Of a stretch of DNA of 64,000 bases, positions 44,833 to 55,854 are shown in pieces. The DNA is from Salinivirgaceae bacterium. GTDB lineage: Bacteria > Bacteroidota > Bacteroidia > Bacteroidales > SZUA-534. A model generated the notes under the pieces. That model searched no databases, was not told the origin of the DNA, and saw only the letters and a list, made by a program, of their open reading frames with translations. A program made the position numbers and the translations under genes. Where the stretch lies: the NCBI GenBank assembly GCA_016284875.1, contig JAEEPS010000008.1, forward strand, positions 581-64,580, read 5' to 3'. Positions within the stretch are counted from its first letter, which is position 1; every line of letters begins with the position of its first letter.

Positions 44833-44869
44833 ATGGACTTGCGCAACCTTACGCAAGTCCATTTTTTTT
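44833..44869 (+). terminator. Rho-independent terminator
   Basis: TGGACTTGCG-caacctta-CGCAAGTCCA followed by T8. Confidence 0.85.
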
Positions 44870-44951
44870 GTCCTTTGGTCAATAACGTGAGTCACTATAT
44901 ATTTGCATTAGAAATTATTTTATTAGTTTTGATTGCTAATTACGACTGCTA

Positions 44952-45746
44952 ATGGATAGAATTGCAAAATTGGTGACAACTCTATTGCTGACATTTGTCT
45001 GCGCTGGTAGCATGGCGGGCGAGATTGTGCTTTCCGGCATCTATCAGGATAAGAACCTATACATTATGAATCCGTTTGCCCCATCAGGCGATGGATTCTG
45101 CGTCACTGAAATAAAGGTTAACGGCGTTGCAACTGCTGACGACATCAATTCAAGTGCTTTTGAGATTAATCTGGCCGCCGCCGGGTTGAAAAAAGGCGAC
45201 GAAGTGAAAGTCGTCATCAAGTACCATGACGGTTGCGAGCCGAAAGTCATCAACCCCGAAGTGCTGAAACCGCAAAGCACATTCACGGTTACGACAATCA
45301 AAATCGATAAAAACAACAAACTGACTTTCACCACAGCCAACGAGAGCGGCTCACTGCCGTTTATTGTTGAGCAGTTCCGCTGGAACAAATGGATAAAGGT
45401 TGCCACCATCGATGGCGATGGCAAACCGGGAGCGCACACCTACAGCACTGAGGTTAATCTGCACTCGGGCTACAACCGTTTCCGCGTTAAGCAGATCGAC
45501 TACACACGCAAGCCGCGCTACGGTAAGGAACTGAAGCACCGCACAATGCTGGCCGAGGTTACATATTCGTTTGTGAAGCCGTTTACTGAGGTTAAATTCT
45601 CGGCCGAAACCATGTATGAGATTTACAGCGACAAGGGCGCTCTGATGGACAAAGGAGTAGGTGTGAAGGCTGATGTTTCGAAACTGCCGGCCGGCGATTA
45701 TTTCTTAAACTACGACACCAAAACCGAGATGTTCAAGAAAAAATAG
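44952..45746 (+). CDS. Secreted hypothetical protein
   Basis: Signal-like N-terminus (LVTTLLLTFVCAGSMAG). No family recognised. Confidence 0.5.
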   Translation: MDRIAKLVTTLLLTFVCAGSMAGEIVLSGIYQDKNLYIMNPFAPSGDGFCVTEIKVNGVATADDINSSAFEINLAAAGLKKGDEVKVVIKYHDGCEPKVINPEVLKPQSTFTVTTIKIDKNNKLTFTTANESGSLPFIVEQFRWNKWIKVATIDGDGKPGAHTYSTEVNLHSGYNRFRVKQIDYTRKPRYGKELKHRTMLAEVTYSFVKPFTEVKFSAETMYEIYSDKGALMDKGVGVKADVSKLPAGDYFLNYDTKTEMFKKK

Positions 45747-45803
45747 TTCTGTGAACGTCGCGCACTCGTTTTTTAGCCTACCAGTCTTATATTTGCCACA
45801 ATT

Positions 45804-47114
45804 ATGAGCTGGATTTTGTATTTCATCTATCTGTTGCTGCTCATTTGGGCAATTCAGAAATCGCATTTTTTTGAGGCTCCCGGGATTGAGAAAAAATGGC
45901 TGATTGCCATATTTCTTACAAAAATAGCAGGCGGATTTACTCTTTTCTTCATCTACAATTATTTCTACACGCCCCGTTCGGCGTGCGACATTTTCAACTA
46001 TTTCGACGATGGTCTGATAATTCATAACGTGCTGTTTCAGAACCCAACGGACTATCTGCGGATGATAACCGGCATTGGAGGTTCGTCGCCACACCTGATG
46101 CAATACTACGACACGTGCAATTTCTGGCTGAAAAGTTTCAACTACGGATTGCCGAACGACAACCATATTATTATCCGCCTAAACGCAATTCTCTGCCTGA
46201 TTTCGATGGGTAACTTCCACATCCACAACATGATATTCGGTTTTCTCGGATTTGTGGGACTGTGGGCCATCTACAAGAGTTTTGCCCGCGATTTGTCGCA
46301 CAAACGCACACTTCTGCTGCTGGCGGTTTTCTTCTTTCCTTCGGTCTGGCTGTGGACCTCGGGCGCAACCAAAGAGTCGTTTCTGATTTTTGCTTTCGGG
46401 CTGCTCATCTACAACTACCGCAACATGCTCGCAAAGCCGCATTTGAGCAACATAGTGGGAGTGGTGGTTTGTGTATGGATGATGATGATGTCGAAATTCT
46501 ACGTGCTGATGGCCGCTCTGCCAAGTTTGGCCGCTCTGTTTTGGATTAAGCGCAAACCCAAGGCTGCACTGCTCAAATTCATTGCCATGCACGTTTGCAT
46601 TTTCTGCGTTGCGTGGCTCTCGAAATTCATCACCCAAATCGACCTTTTTCAAGTCATCTGCAACAAGCAGCACGATTTTATTATGATGGCCCAAAGCATG
46701 ACCGTCGGCAGTTACATTCAGTTGCCCGAACTGACAAACGGACTGCGTGATATTGCTGCGAATACCCCCGCATCGTTCGTAAGAACCCTTCTTCGTCCCA
46801 CTATTTTCGAAGGCGGTTCGCTAACAATGGTTGCCGCAAGCCTTGAGAATGTACTGATAATCATTGTTTTACTCGCAACACTGATTTTTGTAAGGCTTCG
46901 CAATCTGTCTCAGCCCGATGTTTGGTGCTGCACGTCGTTCATCGTCATACTTTTTGTGCTCATCGGACTGACAACACCGGTTCTTGGGGCGCTTGTCCGC
47001 TATAAAGTTCCGGGCCTTCCGTTTCTTGGAATTCTGCTCCTGCTCATAACTGACGACACACGGATTCAGCCGATTGAAAAATGGTTGTCGGACAAACTGA
47101 AGGGCCGCAAATGA
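45804..47114 (+). CDS. Polytopic membrane protein (function unknown)
   Basis: 436 aa made almost entirely of hydrophobic helices. I recognised no diagnostic motif. Confidence 0.55.
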   Translation: MSWILYFIYLLLLIWAIQKSHFFEAPGIEKKWLIAIFLTKIAGGFTLFFIYNYFYTPRSACDIFNYFDDGLIIHNVLFQNPTDYLRMITGIGGSSPHLMQYYDTCNFWLKSFNYGLPNDNHIIIRLNAILCLISMGNFHIHNMIFGFLGFVGLWAIYKSFARDLSHKRTLLLLAVFFFPSVWLWTSGATKESFLIFAFGLLIYNYRNMLAKPHLSNIVGVVVCVWMMMMSKFYVLMAALPSLAALFWIKRKPKAALLKFIAMHVCIFCVAWLSKFITQIDLFQVICNKQHDFIMMAQSMTVGSYIQLPELTNGLRDIAANTPASFVRTLLRPTIFEGGSLTMVAASLENVLIIIVLLATLIFVRLRNLSQPDVWCCTSFIVILFVLIGLTTPVLGALVRYKVPGLPFLGILLLLITDDTRIQPIEKWLSDKLKGRK

Positions 47115-47130
47115 ATTTAGAATCTACGCA

Positions 47131-47835
47131 TCACGCCAAGTGATATAACTCCTTGAGTTTCTGCTCCAGAATGCGTCCACCCTCGCCGGCCGATTTTTGA
47201 ATGAATGTGTAATTCTCATCGGTTGGGTACGGTACCATCTTCGGGTCGATGATGAACTTTGGAATATCGCGCCGTGTGTAGCGTAGCAGACCTGCCGCCG
47301 GATAAACATTGAGCGATGTGCCGATAACCACAAACACATCGGCCTGCTCGGCCAGTGGAATGGCGCGCTCCATCTCGGGCACACCCTCGCCAAAAAATAC
47401 AATGTGTGGGCGCAACTGCTGACCGTCGTCGGCCTTGTCACCTAGGTGTATGGGCTTGTAGCCGATGTCGTAGATAAGATTCTCGTTGGCTATGCTGCGC
47501 ACTTTGGTCAGTTCGCCATGCAGATGCACAACTTGCTTGCTGCCAGCCTGTTCGTGCAGATTGTCAACATTTTGCGTCACCACATGAACATCAAAATACT
47601 GCTCAAGGCGAACCAGAGCCTTATGGCCGTCGTTGGGTTTTATGTCGGCCAATTTTGCGCGGAGCCCGTTGTAAAAATCCAGTACCAACTTTGGATTACG
47701 GGCCAGCCCTTCGGGAGTTGCCACATCCTCAACAGGATAATTGTCCCAATATCCTCCGGCGTCGCGGAAAGTGCTCAGTCCGCTCTCAACACTAATTCCA
47801 GCACCCGTAAGTGCCACTAATTTTGGCTTTTCCAT
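47131..47835 (-). CDS. cobB: SIR2 family NAD-dependent protein deacylase
   Basis: TGAGISVESGLSTFRD, QNVDNLHEQAG, HLHGEL and VIGTSLNVYPAA. Compact 234-aa housekeeping form. Confidence 0.85.
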   Translation of the reverse strand: MEKPKLVALTGAGISVESGLSTFRDAGGYWDNYPVEDVATPEGLARNPKLVLDFYNGLRAKLADIKPNDGHKALVRLEQYFDVHVVTQNVDNLHEQAGSKQVVHLHGELTKVRSIANENLIYDIGYKPIHLGDKADDGQQLRPHIVFFGEGVPEMERAIPLAEQADVFVVIGTSLNVYPAAGLLRYTRRDIPKFIIDPKMVPYPTDENYTFIQKSAGEGGRILEQKLKELYHLA

Positions 47836-48040
47836 AGCAGTAGATTTTTGAGAAAGATAATAAAAAAAACTGGAGATTTCACCTCAGATTCGAAAAAACA
47901 GCAATCTCGAATCGCCGTAGTCCGTTCCCTAATCATCGCCTTACGCATTTTCCCGATAATGAACCAATCGCGTGCGCCACATCAAAAATTTAGAATAAAT
48001 TCGCGGCCGGAAAATTGAAAACGAAAAAAGACAAAATACT

Positions 48041-49438
48041 ATGCAGAAAAGGACAAAAATTGTTGACGTCCTGAAATCGGGAAAGGTTGACACTGAAGTG
48101 GTTGTGATGGGTTGGGTGCGCACAAAGCGCGACAGCAAAACCGTGGTTTTCATCGCCTTGAACGATGGCTCGACAATCAACAACGTGCAGATTGTTGCCG
48201 ATGTGGTGAACTTCGACGAAGAATTTTTGAAACAGGTAACCACCGGCGCCTGCTTGAGCGTTACGGGAAAACTTGTTCAGAGCGTTGGCGCAGGACAAAG
48301 TGTTGAGATTCAAGCAAAAGAGATTAAACTATTTGGCGCTTGCCCGCAGGATTACCCGATGCAGAAAAAGGGTCAGACAATGGAATATATGCGTCAGTAC
48401 GCTCACTTGCGTCTGCGCACAAACACCTTCGGCGCCGTGTTCCGCATCCGCCACAATATGGCCATTGCCATTCATAAGTTCTTCCACGACAAGGGCTTTG
48501 TTTATTTCCACTCGCCGCTCATCACAGCAAGCGACTGCGAAGGTGCCGGCCAGATGTTCCAGGTTACAACCAAAAACCTTTACGACCTGCAGAAAGACGA
48601 GAATGGCAAGATAATCTACACCGATGATTTCTTTGGCAAGCAGACCAGTCTGACCGTTTCGGGCCAACTCGAGGGCGAACTTGCAGCCACCGCGCTTGGC
48701 GCCATCTACACCTTTGGCCCGACGTTCCGCGCCGAAAACTCGAACACCCCGCGCCACTTGGCCGAATTTTGGATGATTGAGCCGGAAATCGCCTTCTGCG
48801 ACATCGACGACCTGATGGCGGTCGAGGAGGAATTCATTAAATACTGCGTTAAATGGGCGCTCGACAACTGCCAGGACGACCTTGCCTTCCTTAACAAGAT
48901 GATCGACAAGAGCCTGCTCGAGCGACTCAACTCTGTAATCAACACCGAATTCATCCATCTGCCTTATACCGAAGGAATTAAGATTCTTGAAGACGCCATT
49001 GCCAAAGGCCACAAATTCGAGTTCCCGGTTTATTGGGGCTGCGACCTTGCCAGCGAGCACGAGCGATTCCTTGTTGAGGAGCACTTCAAGAAGCCAGTCA
49101 TTATGATTGACTATCCGAAAGAGATTAAATCGTTCTATATGAAGCAGAACGAGGATGGAAAAACCGTTCAGGGCACCGATGTGCTGTTCCCGCAGATTGG
49201 CGAAATCATCGGCGGCAGCGTGCGTGAGGAAGACTACGACAAACTGCTTGGCCGTATGAACGAACTCGGAATGAAGACCGAAGGCTACGAGTGGTATCTC
49301 GACACTCGCAAATATGGTTCTTGCCCGCACGCCGGCTTCGGCTTGGGCTTTGAGCGCCTGATGCTCTTCGTGACCGGAATGGCCAACATCCGCGATGTGA
49401 TTCCGTTCCCGCGCACACCGAAGAATGCGGAATTCTAA
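48041..49438 (+). CDS. asnS: Asparagine--tRNA ligase
   Basis: OB-fold N-terminus and class IIb core ([37 protein letters not shown]). Confidence 0.95.
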   Translation: MQKRTKIVDVLKSGKVDTEVVVMGWVRTKRDSKTVVFIALNDGSTINNVQIVADVVNFDEEFLKQVTTGACLSVTGKLVQSVGAGQSVEIQAKEIKLFGACPQDYPMQKKGQTMEYMRQYAHLRLRTNTFGAVFRIRHNMAIAIHKFFHDKGFVYFHSPLITASDCEGAGQMFQVTTKNLYDLQKDENGKIIYTDDFFGKQTSLTVSGQLEGELAATALGAIYTFGPTFRAENSNTPRHLAEFWMIEPEIAFCDIDDLMAVEEEFIKYCVKWALDNCQDDLAFLNKMIDKSLLERLNSVINTEFIHLPYTEGIKILEDAIAKGHKFEFPVYWGCDLASEHERFLVEEHFKKPVIMIDYPKEIKSFYMKQNEDGKTVQGTDVLFPQIGEIIGGSVREEDYDKLLGRMNELGMKTEGYEWYLDTRKYGSCPHAGFGLGFERLMLFVTGMANIRDVIPFPRTPKNAEF

Positions 49439-49492
49439 TTTGGTGAATCGGTGAACTGACAAATCGGATAATCGATTTTCAAAAGATAATGG

Positions 49493-49516
49493 GGGCGGTA
49501 TTTTCCGCCCTTTTTT
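49493..49516 (+). terminator. asnS terminator
   Basis: GGGCGG-tatttt-CCGCCC followed by T6. Confidence 0.75.
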
Positions 49517-49543
49517 ATTTCTCAAAATTGCAACATAGCAAAT

Positions 49544-49577
49544 TAAAAAATCCCGATGGCATGCGTCATCGGGATTT
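49544..49577 (-). terminator. ahcY terminator (minus strand)
   Basis: ATCCCGATG-gcatgcgt-CATCGGGAT, with an A6 run on the plus strand (T-run on the minus strand). Confidence 0.8.
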
Positions 49578-49601
49578 TCATTCAATTATTCAATCCTTCA
49601 A

Positions 49602-51017
49602 TCAGTAGCGATAGTGCTCCGGCTTGTAAGGTCCTTCAACCTTCACACCGATGTAGTCGGCTTGAGCCTTGCTCAGGATGGTGAGTTTTGCGCCGACGTG
49701 CTCAAGGTGCAGACGGGCAACTTCCTCGTCAAGGTATTTCGGCAGGCGGTAAACGCCAATCTCATATTTCTTCTGCCACAAGTCGAGTTGGGCCAGCGTT
49801 TGGTTGGTGAACGAGTTGCTCATCACAAACGACGGGTGCCCCGTTGCGCATCCAAGGTTCACAAGACGACCTTCGGCAAGCACGATAATGCTGTGTCCGT
49901 CAGGAAAATAGTATTGGTCAACCTGCGGTTTGATGTTCACCTTCTTGATTCCGGGCACGGCCTCAAGATCGGCCATCATAATCTCATTGTCGAAGTGACC
50001 GATGTTGCAGACAATGGCTTTATCCTTCATCTTCTTCATATGGTCGGCGGTGATGATGTCGCGGTTGCCAGTGCAGGTAACGTAGATGTCGCCTTGCGGC
50101 AGAGCGTCTTCAACGGTTGTAACTTCAAAGCCTTCCATAGCGGCCTGCAGAGCGCAAATCGGGTCGATTTCGGTAACCAGAACACGGGCACCGAATCCGC
50201 GCATACTCATTGCGCAGCCCTTGCCTACATCACCGTAGCCGCAAACCACAGCCACTTTGCCGGCAATCATAATGTCGGTGGCACGTTTGATACCGTCGGC
50301 CAGACTCTCGCGACAGCCGTAGAGGTTATCAAATTTCGATTTCGTTACTGAGTCGTTGACATTGATGGCTGGGAAACGCAGAGTTTTTGCCTCAGCCATT
50401 TGATAGAGACGGTGAACGCCGGTGGTTGTCTCTTCCGACACACCGCGCACTTTGGCCGCCAACTTGTGCCATTTCTGGCAATCGTCTTTCAGTCCGTCGT
50501 TTATTCTTTCGTACAGACGGATGGCATCCTCACCCTTCGGCATATTGTTCAGGATGGATGGATTATCCTCAATCTCAATGCCCTTGTGCAGCATCAGCGT
50601 GGCGTCGCCGCCATCATCGACAATCAGGTCGGGACCTTCACCGTTGCCAAAGTTCAGCGCCTGCTCAGTGCACCACCAGTACTCCTCGAGCGACTCGCCC
50701 TTCCATGCAAATACAGGCACACCGCGCTCAGCCACGGCTGCAGCAGCATGGTCTTGTGTCGAGAAGATGTTGCAACTTGCCCAGCGGACCTTCGCGCCAA
50801 GCGCTGTCAAAGTCTCAATCAGCACAGCCGTTTGGATGGTCATGTGCAGACTGCCCGAAATTTTGGCACCCTTAAGCGGCTGACTTGCAGCGTATTTCTT
50901 ACGCAGAGCCATTAGTCCTGGCATCTCGGCCTCGGCCAACTCAATCTCTTTGCGCCCCCAGTCGGCAAGCGCCATATCCTTCACTTTGTAAGGAAGATTC
51001 TGATTGTATTTTTCCAT
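49602..51017 (-). CDS. ahcY: Adenosylhomocysteinase
   Basis: [30 protein letters not shown]..., the NAD site [13 protein letters not shown], and a C-terminal ...[10 protein letters not shown]. Confidence 0.95.
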   Translation of the reverse strand: MEKYNQNLPYKVKDMALADWGRKEIELAEAEMPGLMALRKKYAASQPLKGAKISGSLHMTIQTAVLIETLTALGAKVRWASCNIFSTQDHAAAAVAERGVPVFAWKGESLEEYWWCTEQALNFGNGEGPDLIVDDGGDATLMLHKGIEIEDNPSILNNMPKGEDAIRLYERINDGLKDDCQKWHKLAAKVRGVSEETTTGVHRLYQMAEAKTLRFPAINVNDSVTKSKFDNLYGCRESLADGIKRATDIMIAGKVAVVCGYGDVGKGCAMSMRGFGARVLVTEIDPICALQAAMEGFEVTTVEDALPQGDIYVTCTGNRDIITADHMKKMKDKAIVCNIGHFDNEIMMADLEAVPGIKKVNIKPQVDQYYFPDGHSIIVLAEGRLVNLGCATGHPSFVMSNSFTNQTLAQLDLWQKKYEIGVYRLPKYLDEEVARLHLEHVGAKLTILSKAQADYIGVKVEGPYKPEHYRY

Positions 51018-51042
51018 ATCTATTTATTGTTTTTAAAATGAT

Positions 51043-52653
51043 TTATAGCGATTTAAGTGTTTTTGTCTCGACAATCTGCACACTCTCGTTCAGCGTTTTG
51101 TCGATGCGGTGCATAATGGGGTAGAAGCCGTCGTTGTCGATGACGTTGCGGGCGATGAGAGCCATTATCTGTGTCTCAATCAGTTTGCGCGACTGACGGA
51201 TTCCCTTCTCATCGCGCTTGATGCCCTGCGTCTCGGCGTAGGTCACAAACTGCTCAAAAATATTCTGACCGCGCAAGTATTTCACAAACTCGTCGGCTGT
51301 TTTAAACTTCTGAAGCACAGTGCGGTTACGGTCGGTGTACTCAAGGCTGAACTGATACTCGCAGCCCTTGCGCGAGATGCGGTTGTAGTAGGTTGAGCCG
51401 CCGGTGGTGTCGGCCGGGATGAACACATCGGGCATAATGCCGCCGCCGCCGTACACTACGCGTCCGCCGGTGGTGAAATATTCGGTTGAGTCGGCGATTT
51501 TTATGCTGTCGCGTTCCATAAACTCGCCACGCTCGTAGCGGTTCTCAAGGTCGGCATAGTAATCCTCATCGCTCTGATTATAAGGCTTTTGAATGCAGCG
51601 TCCCGATGGCGTGTAGTAGCGCGCAATGGTGAGCCGCACCGACGAGTTGTCGGGGAACATAATCGGCTCTTGCACAAGGCCTTTGCCGAACGAGCGGCGT
51701 CCGATAATGATGCCGCGGTCGTTGTCCTGAATGGCGCCGGCGGTAATCTCGCTTGCCGATGCCGAAAACTCGTCAATCAAAACGGCAAGTTTCAAATCCT
51801 TGCACGACTGCCGGAACGACGCGTGAAATTCTGCCCTGTCGCGGTGAGCGCCTTCGGTGTAGACAATAAGGCTGCCGTTGGGTAGGAACTCATCAACCAC
51901 GTTGATGGCCGCGTCCATATAGCCGCCGCCGTTTCCGCGAAGGTCGAAAATCAGGTTTTGCATTCCCTGCGCCTTCAGTTTGGCGACGGCTTCCTGAAAT
52001 TCTTTATGCGTTGTGCGCGCGAACTTCGACAGTTTAATGTAGCCCGTGTGGCTGTTGAGCATATAAGACACGTCGATGCTGTAGAGCGGAATTTGGCCGC
52101 GCGTTATTGCAAATGGAACAAGATGGTTCTCGCCGCGCCGAGCAATGCCCACACGCACTTTGGTGCCACGCGGGCCGCGCAGTTTCTTCATCACATCGTT
52201 GTTTGTTATGCCGATGCCCGCAATCAGCGAGTCGTCAACCGTCACAATGCGGTCACCAGCGCGGATGCCCACTTTTTCCGACGGGCCGCCGGCAATCACG
52301 TTCACCACATAAACAGTGTCCTTTTGAATGTTGAACTGCACCCCGATGCCGTCGAAATTGCCTTCGAGCGGCTCGTTCATCTCGGCAAACTCTTCGGCTG
52401 AGATGTAGGTAGAGTGCGGGTCGAGGTCTTTGAGTAGGTTGATGGCGGCCTTCTCTTCAAGTTCGGCCACATTCACAGTATCAACATAATTCTGGCGGAT
52501 ATTGCCAATCAGGTAATCGATTTTGCCGCCACGGCGCTGAATCACAGTTGTTTGCACGCTTCCGCGATTCGTGATATTGCTCTCGACAAACATTCCGAAA
52601 ACGAAAGCCACGGCAAGCAGCAACGGCAACCATATTTTAACTAACTTATTCAT
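51043..52653 (-). CDS. S41 family C-terminal processing peptidase (second paralogue)
   Basis: PDZ (GIRAGDRIVTVDD), the Ser region IDEFSASASEITAGAIQD and GRRSFGKGLVQ. Confidence 0.85.
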   Translation of the reverse strand: MNKLVKIWLPLLLAVAFVFGMFVESNITNRGSVQTTVIQRRGGKIDYLIGNIRQNYVDTVNVAELEEKAAINLLKDLDPHSTYISAEEFAEMNEPLEGNFDGIGVQFNIQKDTVYVVNVIAGGPSEKVGIRAGDRIVTVDDSLIAGIGITNNDVMKKLRGPRGTKVRVGIARRGENHLVPFAITRGQIPLYSIDVSYMLNSHTGYIKLSKFARTTHKEFQEAVAKLKAQGMQNLIFDLRGNGGGYMDAAINVVDEFLPNGSLIVYTEGAHRDRAEFHASFRQSCKDLKLAVLIDEFSASASEITAGAIQDNDRGIIIGRRSFGKGLVQEPIMFPDNSSVRLTIARYYTPSGRCIQKPYNQSDEDYYADLENRYERGEFMERDSIKIADSTEYFTTGGRVVYGGGGIMPDVFIPADTTGGSTYYNRISRKGCEYQFSLEYTDRNRTVLQKFKTADEFVKYLRGQNIFEQFVTYAETQGIKRDEKGIRQSRKLIETQIMALIARNVIDNDGFYPIMHRIDKTLNESVQIVETKTLKSL

Positions 52654-52664
52654 ATTCTGATAGT

Positions 52665-53090
52665 TTAATCGGTTGGAATCTGAACAATTTCAATGCCGGC
52701 ACGCTTAAGCAGTTCAATGCCGTCCTGGATGCGGTAGTTATCAGAAAAGACAACCCGCTTGATGCCCGACTGGATGATGAGTTTGGCGCATTCCATACAG
52801 GGCGATGCGGTGACGTAGAGCGTTGCGCCCAGGCTGCTGTTGTTCGATTTGGCCACTTTGGTGATGGCGTTGGCCTCGGCGTGAAGCACGTAGGGTTTGG
52901 TGGTGTTCTCGTCAATCTCGCAGCAGTTCTCAAATCCCGAAGGCGTGCCGTTGTAGCCGTCGGAAATTATCATTTGGTCTTTGACCAGGATTGCCCCCAC
53001 CTTGCGCCGTACGCAGTATGAGTTTTCGGCCCAAATGCGCGCCATCTGCAGGTATCGCAGGTCGAACCGGTGTTGTTTTTCAGCATCCAT
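52665..53090 (-). CDS. Deoxycytidylate (dCMP) deaminase
   Basis: Zinc motifs HAEANAI and PCMECAKLI. 141 aa, ComEB-like. Confidence 0.85.
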   Translation of the reverse strand: MDAEKQHRFDLRYLQMARIWAENSYCVRRKVGAILVKDQMIISDGYNGTPSGFENCCEIDENTTKPYVLHAEANAITKVAKSNNSSLGATLYVTASPCMECAKLIIQSGIKRVVFSDNYRIQDGIELLKRAGIEIVQIPTD

Positions 53091-53152
53091 TGCATTTTAT
53101 TTTGATGGCAAATATAAAGTGAAAGTTGGAAGTAGAAAGAGGTTTTAGGTAT

Positions 53153-53785
53153 TCAAAACGCCGCCCCAACGGCACTCTGGTAGAATTCACGGCAGAGACT
53201 TTTGCTGATGGGATATTCCTCAACAATCTGCGTTTTCAAATCGCAGACGTACAGTTTGTCGGTTTGCGCAACATGCAGTTTAGCATAGCGGATAGCGTTA
53301 CTGTCTTGAAGTTCAGTCATATAATAGACGGTGAGTTGGATCTCGTGGCGAGTCATATCGTCTTTTGTGAAGATGAAAAGTTCAAACTGGTCGAAATCGC
53401 CATAGAAACCATCGGCCACCTTGTGCACCTTGCTTTTGATGATGCGCTTGAGCGGCAGTGCCAGCGACCAATACCGCTTCTCCAACTCACCCATAAAATG
53501 TCCGTAATTCAAACCATAGGCGTAACCGTAAAGTTTGATTCTCCGCATGTCGGCCTCATCAATGCAGAAAATGTTGTCGCCAGCCAGTTCGTTCACAAGC
53601 ATCTCGGCCTCCGTCTTGTTCTCCTTTAGCGAACGCGTCACCTCAATGCCAAGATTCTGATTAACATCTTGCAAGTCGGGCCGGTCAGAGTTGACCAAAT
53701 GTGCGTATTTGTCGCCAAGCAAGGTGTGCAGCACTATCATTGCGTAGCGTTCGAAAAAAGTGGTATCGAATTTCGGTTCAATCAT
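53153..53785 (-). CDS. Hypothetical protein
   Basis: The ORF has an internal ATG (complement 53783-53785) that avoids overlapping tatD. No family recognised. It contains RPDLQD-x9-GIEVTR. Confidence 0.5.
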   Translation of the reverse strand: MIEPKFDTTFFERYAMIVLHTLLGDKYAHLVNSDRPDLQDVNQNLGIEVTRSLKENKTEAEMLVNELAGDNIFCIDEADMRRIKLYGYAYGLNYGHFMGELEKRYWSLALPLKRIIKSKVHKVADGFYGDFDQFELFIFTKDDMTRHEIQLTVYYMTELQDSNAIRYAKLHVAQTDKLYVCDLKTQIVEEYPISKSLCREFYQSAVGAAF

Positions 53786-53822
53786 GTGGGAAAGATAGTG
53801 AAAGAACTGTATTTTGAAGCAT

Positions 53823-54593
53823 CTACAAGCCAAACAATTTTTCGGCGTTGGCGGTTGTCAGTGCAGCCACATCCTCAATGCTGAGTTTCTTTATTTCGGC
53901 AAGTTTCTGTGCCACAAATGGCAGAAAACTGCTTTCGTTGCGCTTTCCGCGATGGGGGACAGGCGCCAGATAGGGACAGTCGGTCTCCAAAATAAGATTC
54001 TGAATATCAATTTGTTCTATCACTGCCGGAAGATCCGATTTTTTGAACGTCAGCACACCGCCAATGCCAAGCATGAAACCCATGTCGATGGCCTGCCGAG
54101 CCTGCTCCAGTGTGCCCGAAAAACAGTGGAACACCCCGCGCAGACGGTCGTCGGCAAGCGGCTCAAGTGCGGCAATGGTCTTTTCAATGGCGTTGCGGAT
54201 GTGGACAATGATGGGCAGCCCCAACTCTTTTGCCCACCTGACCTGCGTCGCGAAAGCGTCAAATTGTTCGCGCTCAAAAGTCTGGTCCCAATAGAGGTCG
54301 ATGCCAATCTCGCCCACAGCATAGAACCGCTGGCCGCTTGCAAGCATCGCCTCAACCTGCTTTAGCGCTGTTTTGTAATCACTGTCGACTGATGTTGGGT
54401 GAAGTCCGGCGCACGGGAAGAAATGCTGCGGGTCCGATGCCGCCATATCGAGCATGGCTTGCCTCGAAGAGGCGTCGATGTCGGGCAGAATTAGTCGGCT
54501 GACTCCCGATTCAAAGCACCGGCTGATGGCTTCAGTGCGGTCATTGTCAAACTCTTCGGCATAAAGGTGCGAGTGGGTATCGATAAATTCCAT
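53823..54593 (-). CDS. TatD family hydrolase
   Basis: MEFIDTHSHLY..., ...GEIGIDLYW..., ...IVHIR..., ...ETDCPYLAP. Confidence 0.85.
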   Translation of the reverse strand: MEFIDTHSHLYAEEFDNDRTEAISRCFESGVSRLILPDIDASSRQAMLDMAASDPQHFFPCAGLHPTSVDSDYKTALKQVEAMLASGQRFYAVGEIGIDLYWDQTFEREQFDAFATQVRWAKELGLPIIVHIRNAIEKTIAALEPLADDRLRGVFHCFSGTLEQARQAIDMGFMLGIGGVLTFKKSDLPAVIEQIDIQNLILETDCPYLAPVPHRGKRNESSFLPFVAQKLAEIKKLSIEDVAALTTANAEKLFGL

Positions 54594-54724
54594 TGCTAAA
54601 GTTTTCTACAAAAATAGGTTTTTAGGCCATGCTGAATAATGGTTTCAGGCGGTTTTTCGTCTTTTGATGTTGCTAATTTGGTTCTTCTCATTAACTTTGA
54701 AGTTCTCTCGTAACAATTGGGGTG

Positions 54725-55834
54725 ATGAGAAACGAACATTACTATTTCATTGACAGATTAAAGGTTTTCCTTGTGTGCCTTGTGTTTTTCCATCAAGGTC
54801 TGGTTGCTTATGGAGGAGCCGGAAATTGGTACTATACATCAAGCCACCATTTTACGGGAGTGCCGCTTATTACCGTCAACACAATCGAAACCATAAGTCT
54901 GACTATTATTGTTCCGATGTTTTTCTTGTTGGGGGCCATTCTCGCTCACAACTCATACAAACGTCACGGTTTCAGTCAATATGTCAAACGACGTTTTTTC
55001 AGGCTTGGTATTCCGGCAATCATTTATGCAATTATTGTTCACCCGACAATTCTTTTCTTCGTCAGCAAAACTCAGGACGGCAGCCTCGGTTGGTATAAGT
55101 TTGTGGTTCAGAGTATTACGCAGAACTTCTCTTTCGGACCAATGTGGTTTGTGGCGGCTCTGCTTGTTATCGAATTCTTCTATGCATTACTGAAATCGTT
55201 GAAATTCAGCGGTGACAATATCGTTCACGACATCTGGCATCAGATACCGTCGCTGCGGGCATCTCTATTCATAATAATTATTGGTTTCTTCTCGTTTCTG
55301 GCCAGACTTATATCGCCCGCTTATGCATCGTCTTTCACCCAACTCGGGTTCTATCCTTTATATATAGGAATGTTCGTTTCCGGTTTAATTGACGCGCGCT
55401 ACAACTGGACTGAACGCATCAAAACCTATTATGCCTATCCGTGGCTGATTTTCTCGCTGTTGTGTTTGCCGATTTTGTTATTGTCAATCAACTACATCAA
55501 AGATTGGACTCCGTTTGCCGGAGGTTTCAACACTCAGTCGCTTTTCCTTTCTCTTTGGGAGGCAATGACTTGCATGGGTGCATGTATATTCTTGACTTCG
55601 TTCTTTTTACAAAATTTCAACAAACCGAATCCTCAAACTTCTTATTTAGCCAATTTGGCGTATATGGCTTTTGTCTTACATCCGTTTGCCATTGTGCCAC
55701 TCACATTTTTGCTCGAGTCAACTCCAATGCCGCTTCTGCTTAAATGGTTTATTACCAGCACGGTGAGTTGTGTCGTATGTTTTGCCGCAGCCTACTTGCT
55801 ACGCAAAATTCCTGGTTTGAAGAAGATTTTCTAG
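54725..55834 (+). CDS. Acyltransferase family 3 membrane protein
   Basis: The N-terminus YYFIDRLKVFLVCLVFFHQ resembles the acyltransferase_3 signature, followed by about 10 TM helices. Confidence 0.65.
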   Translation: MRNEHYYFIDRLKVFLVCLVFFHQGLVAYGGAGNWYYTSSHHFTGVPLITVNTIETISLTIIVPMFFLLGAILAHNSYKRHGFSQYVKRRFFRLGIPAIIYAIIVHPTILFFVSKTQDGSLGWYKFVVQSITQNFSFGPMWFVAALLVIEFFYALLKSLKFSGDNIVHDIWHQIPSLRASLFIIIIGFFSFLARLISPAYASSFTQLGFYPLYIGMFVSGLIDARYNWTERIKTYYAYPWLIFSLLCLPILLLSINYIKDWTPFAGGFNTQSLFLSLWEAMTCMGACIFLTSFFLQNFNKPNPQTSYLANLAYMAFVLHPFAIVPLTFLLESTPMPLLLKWFITSTVSCVVCFAAAYLLRKIPGLKKIF

Positions 55835-55854
55835 TTAACGCGCTTGTTCTCAGG

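Noticed and set aside
47131-47835. SIR2 protein as a defence effector (Thoeris ThsA/DSR-like)
   Set aside because: It is a compact 234-aa CobB-type deacylase with host-like composition. It has no fused sensor domain (SLOG, TIR or similar) and no partner gene, and it sits among housekeeping genes.
48329-49585. 418-aa minus-strand ORF
   Set aside because: It lies entirely antisense to asnS, whose class IIb aaRS motifs are unambiguous. The sequence is low-complexity and Arg/Ala/Val-rich, typical of shadow ORFs in ~50% G+C coding DNA. The same reasoning applies to 12078..12821 (ispH), 41278..42483 (leuS), 7415..8341 (S41 peptidase), 10280..10954 (MscS), 21911..22792 and 22817..23410 (TonB receptor), 43544..44251 (phosphatase), 49614..50351 (ahcY), 60331..60963 (pepE), 62364..63266 (PPIase/rsgA) and 35766..36347 (McrB-like).
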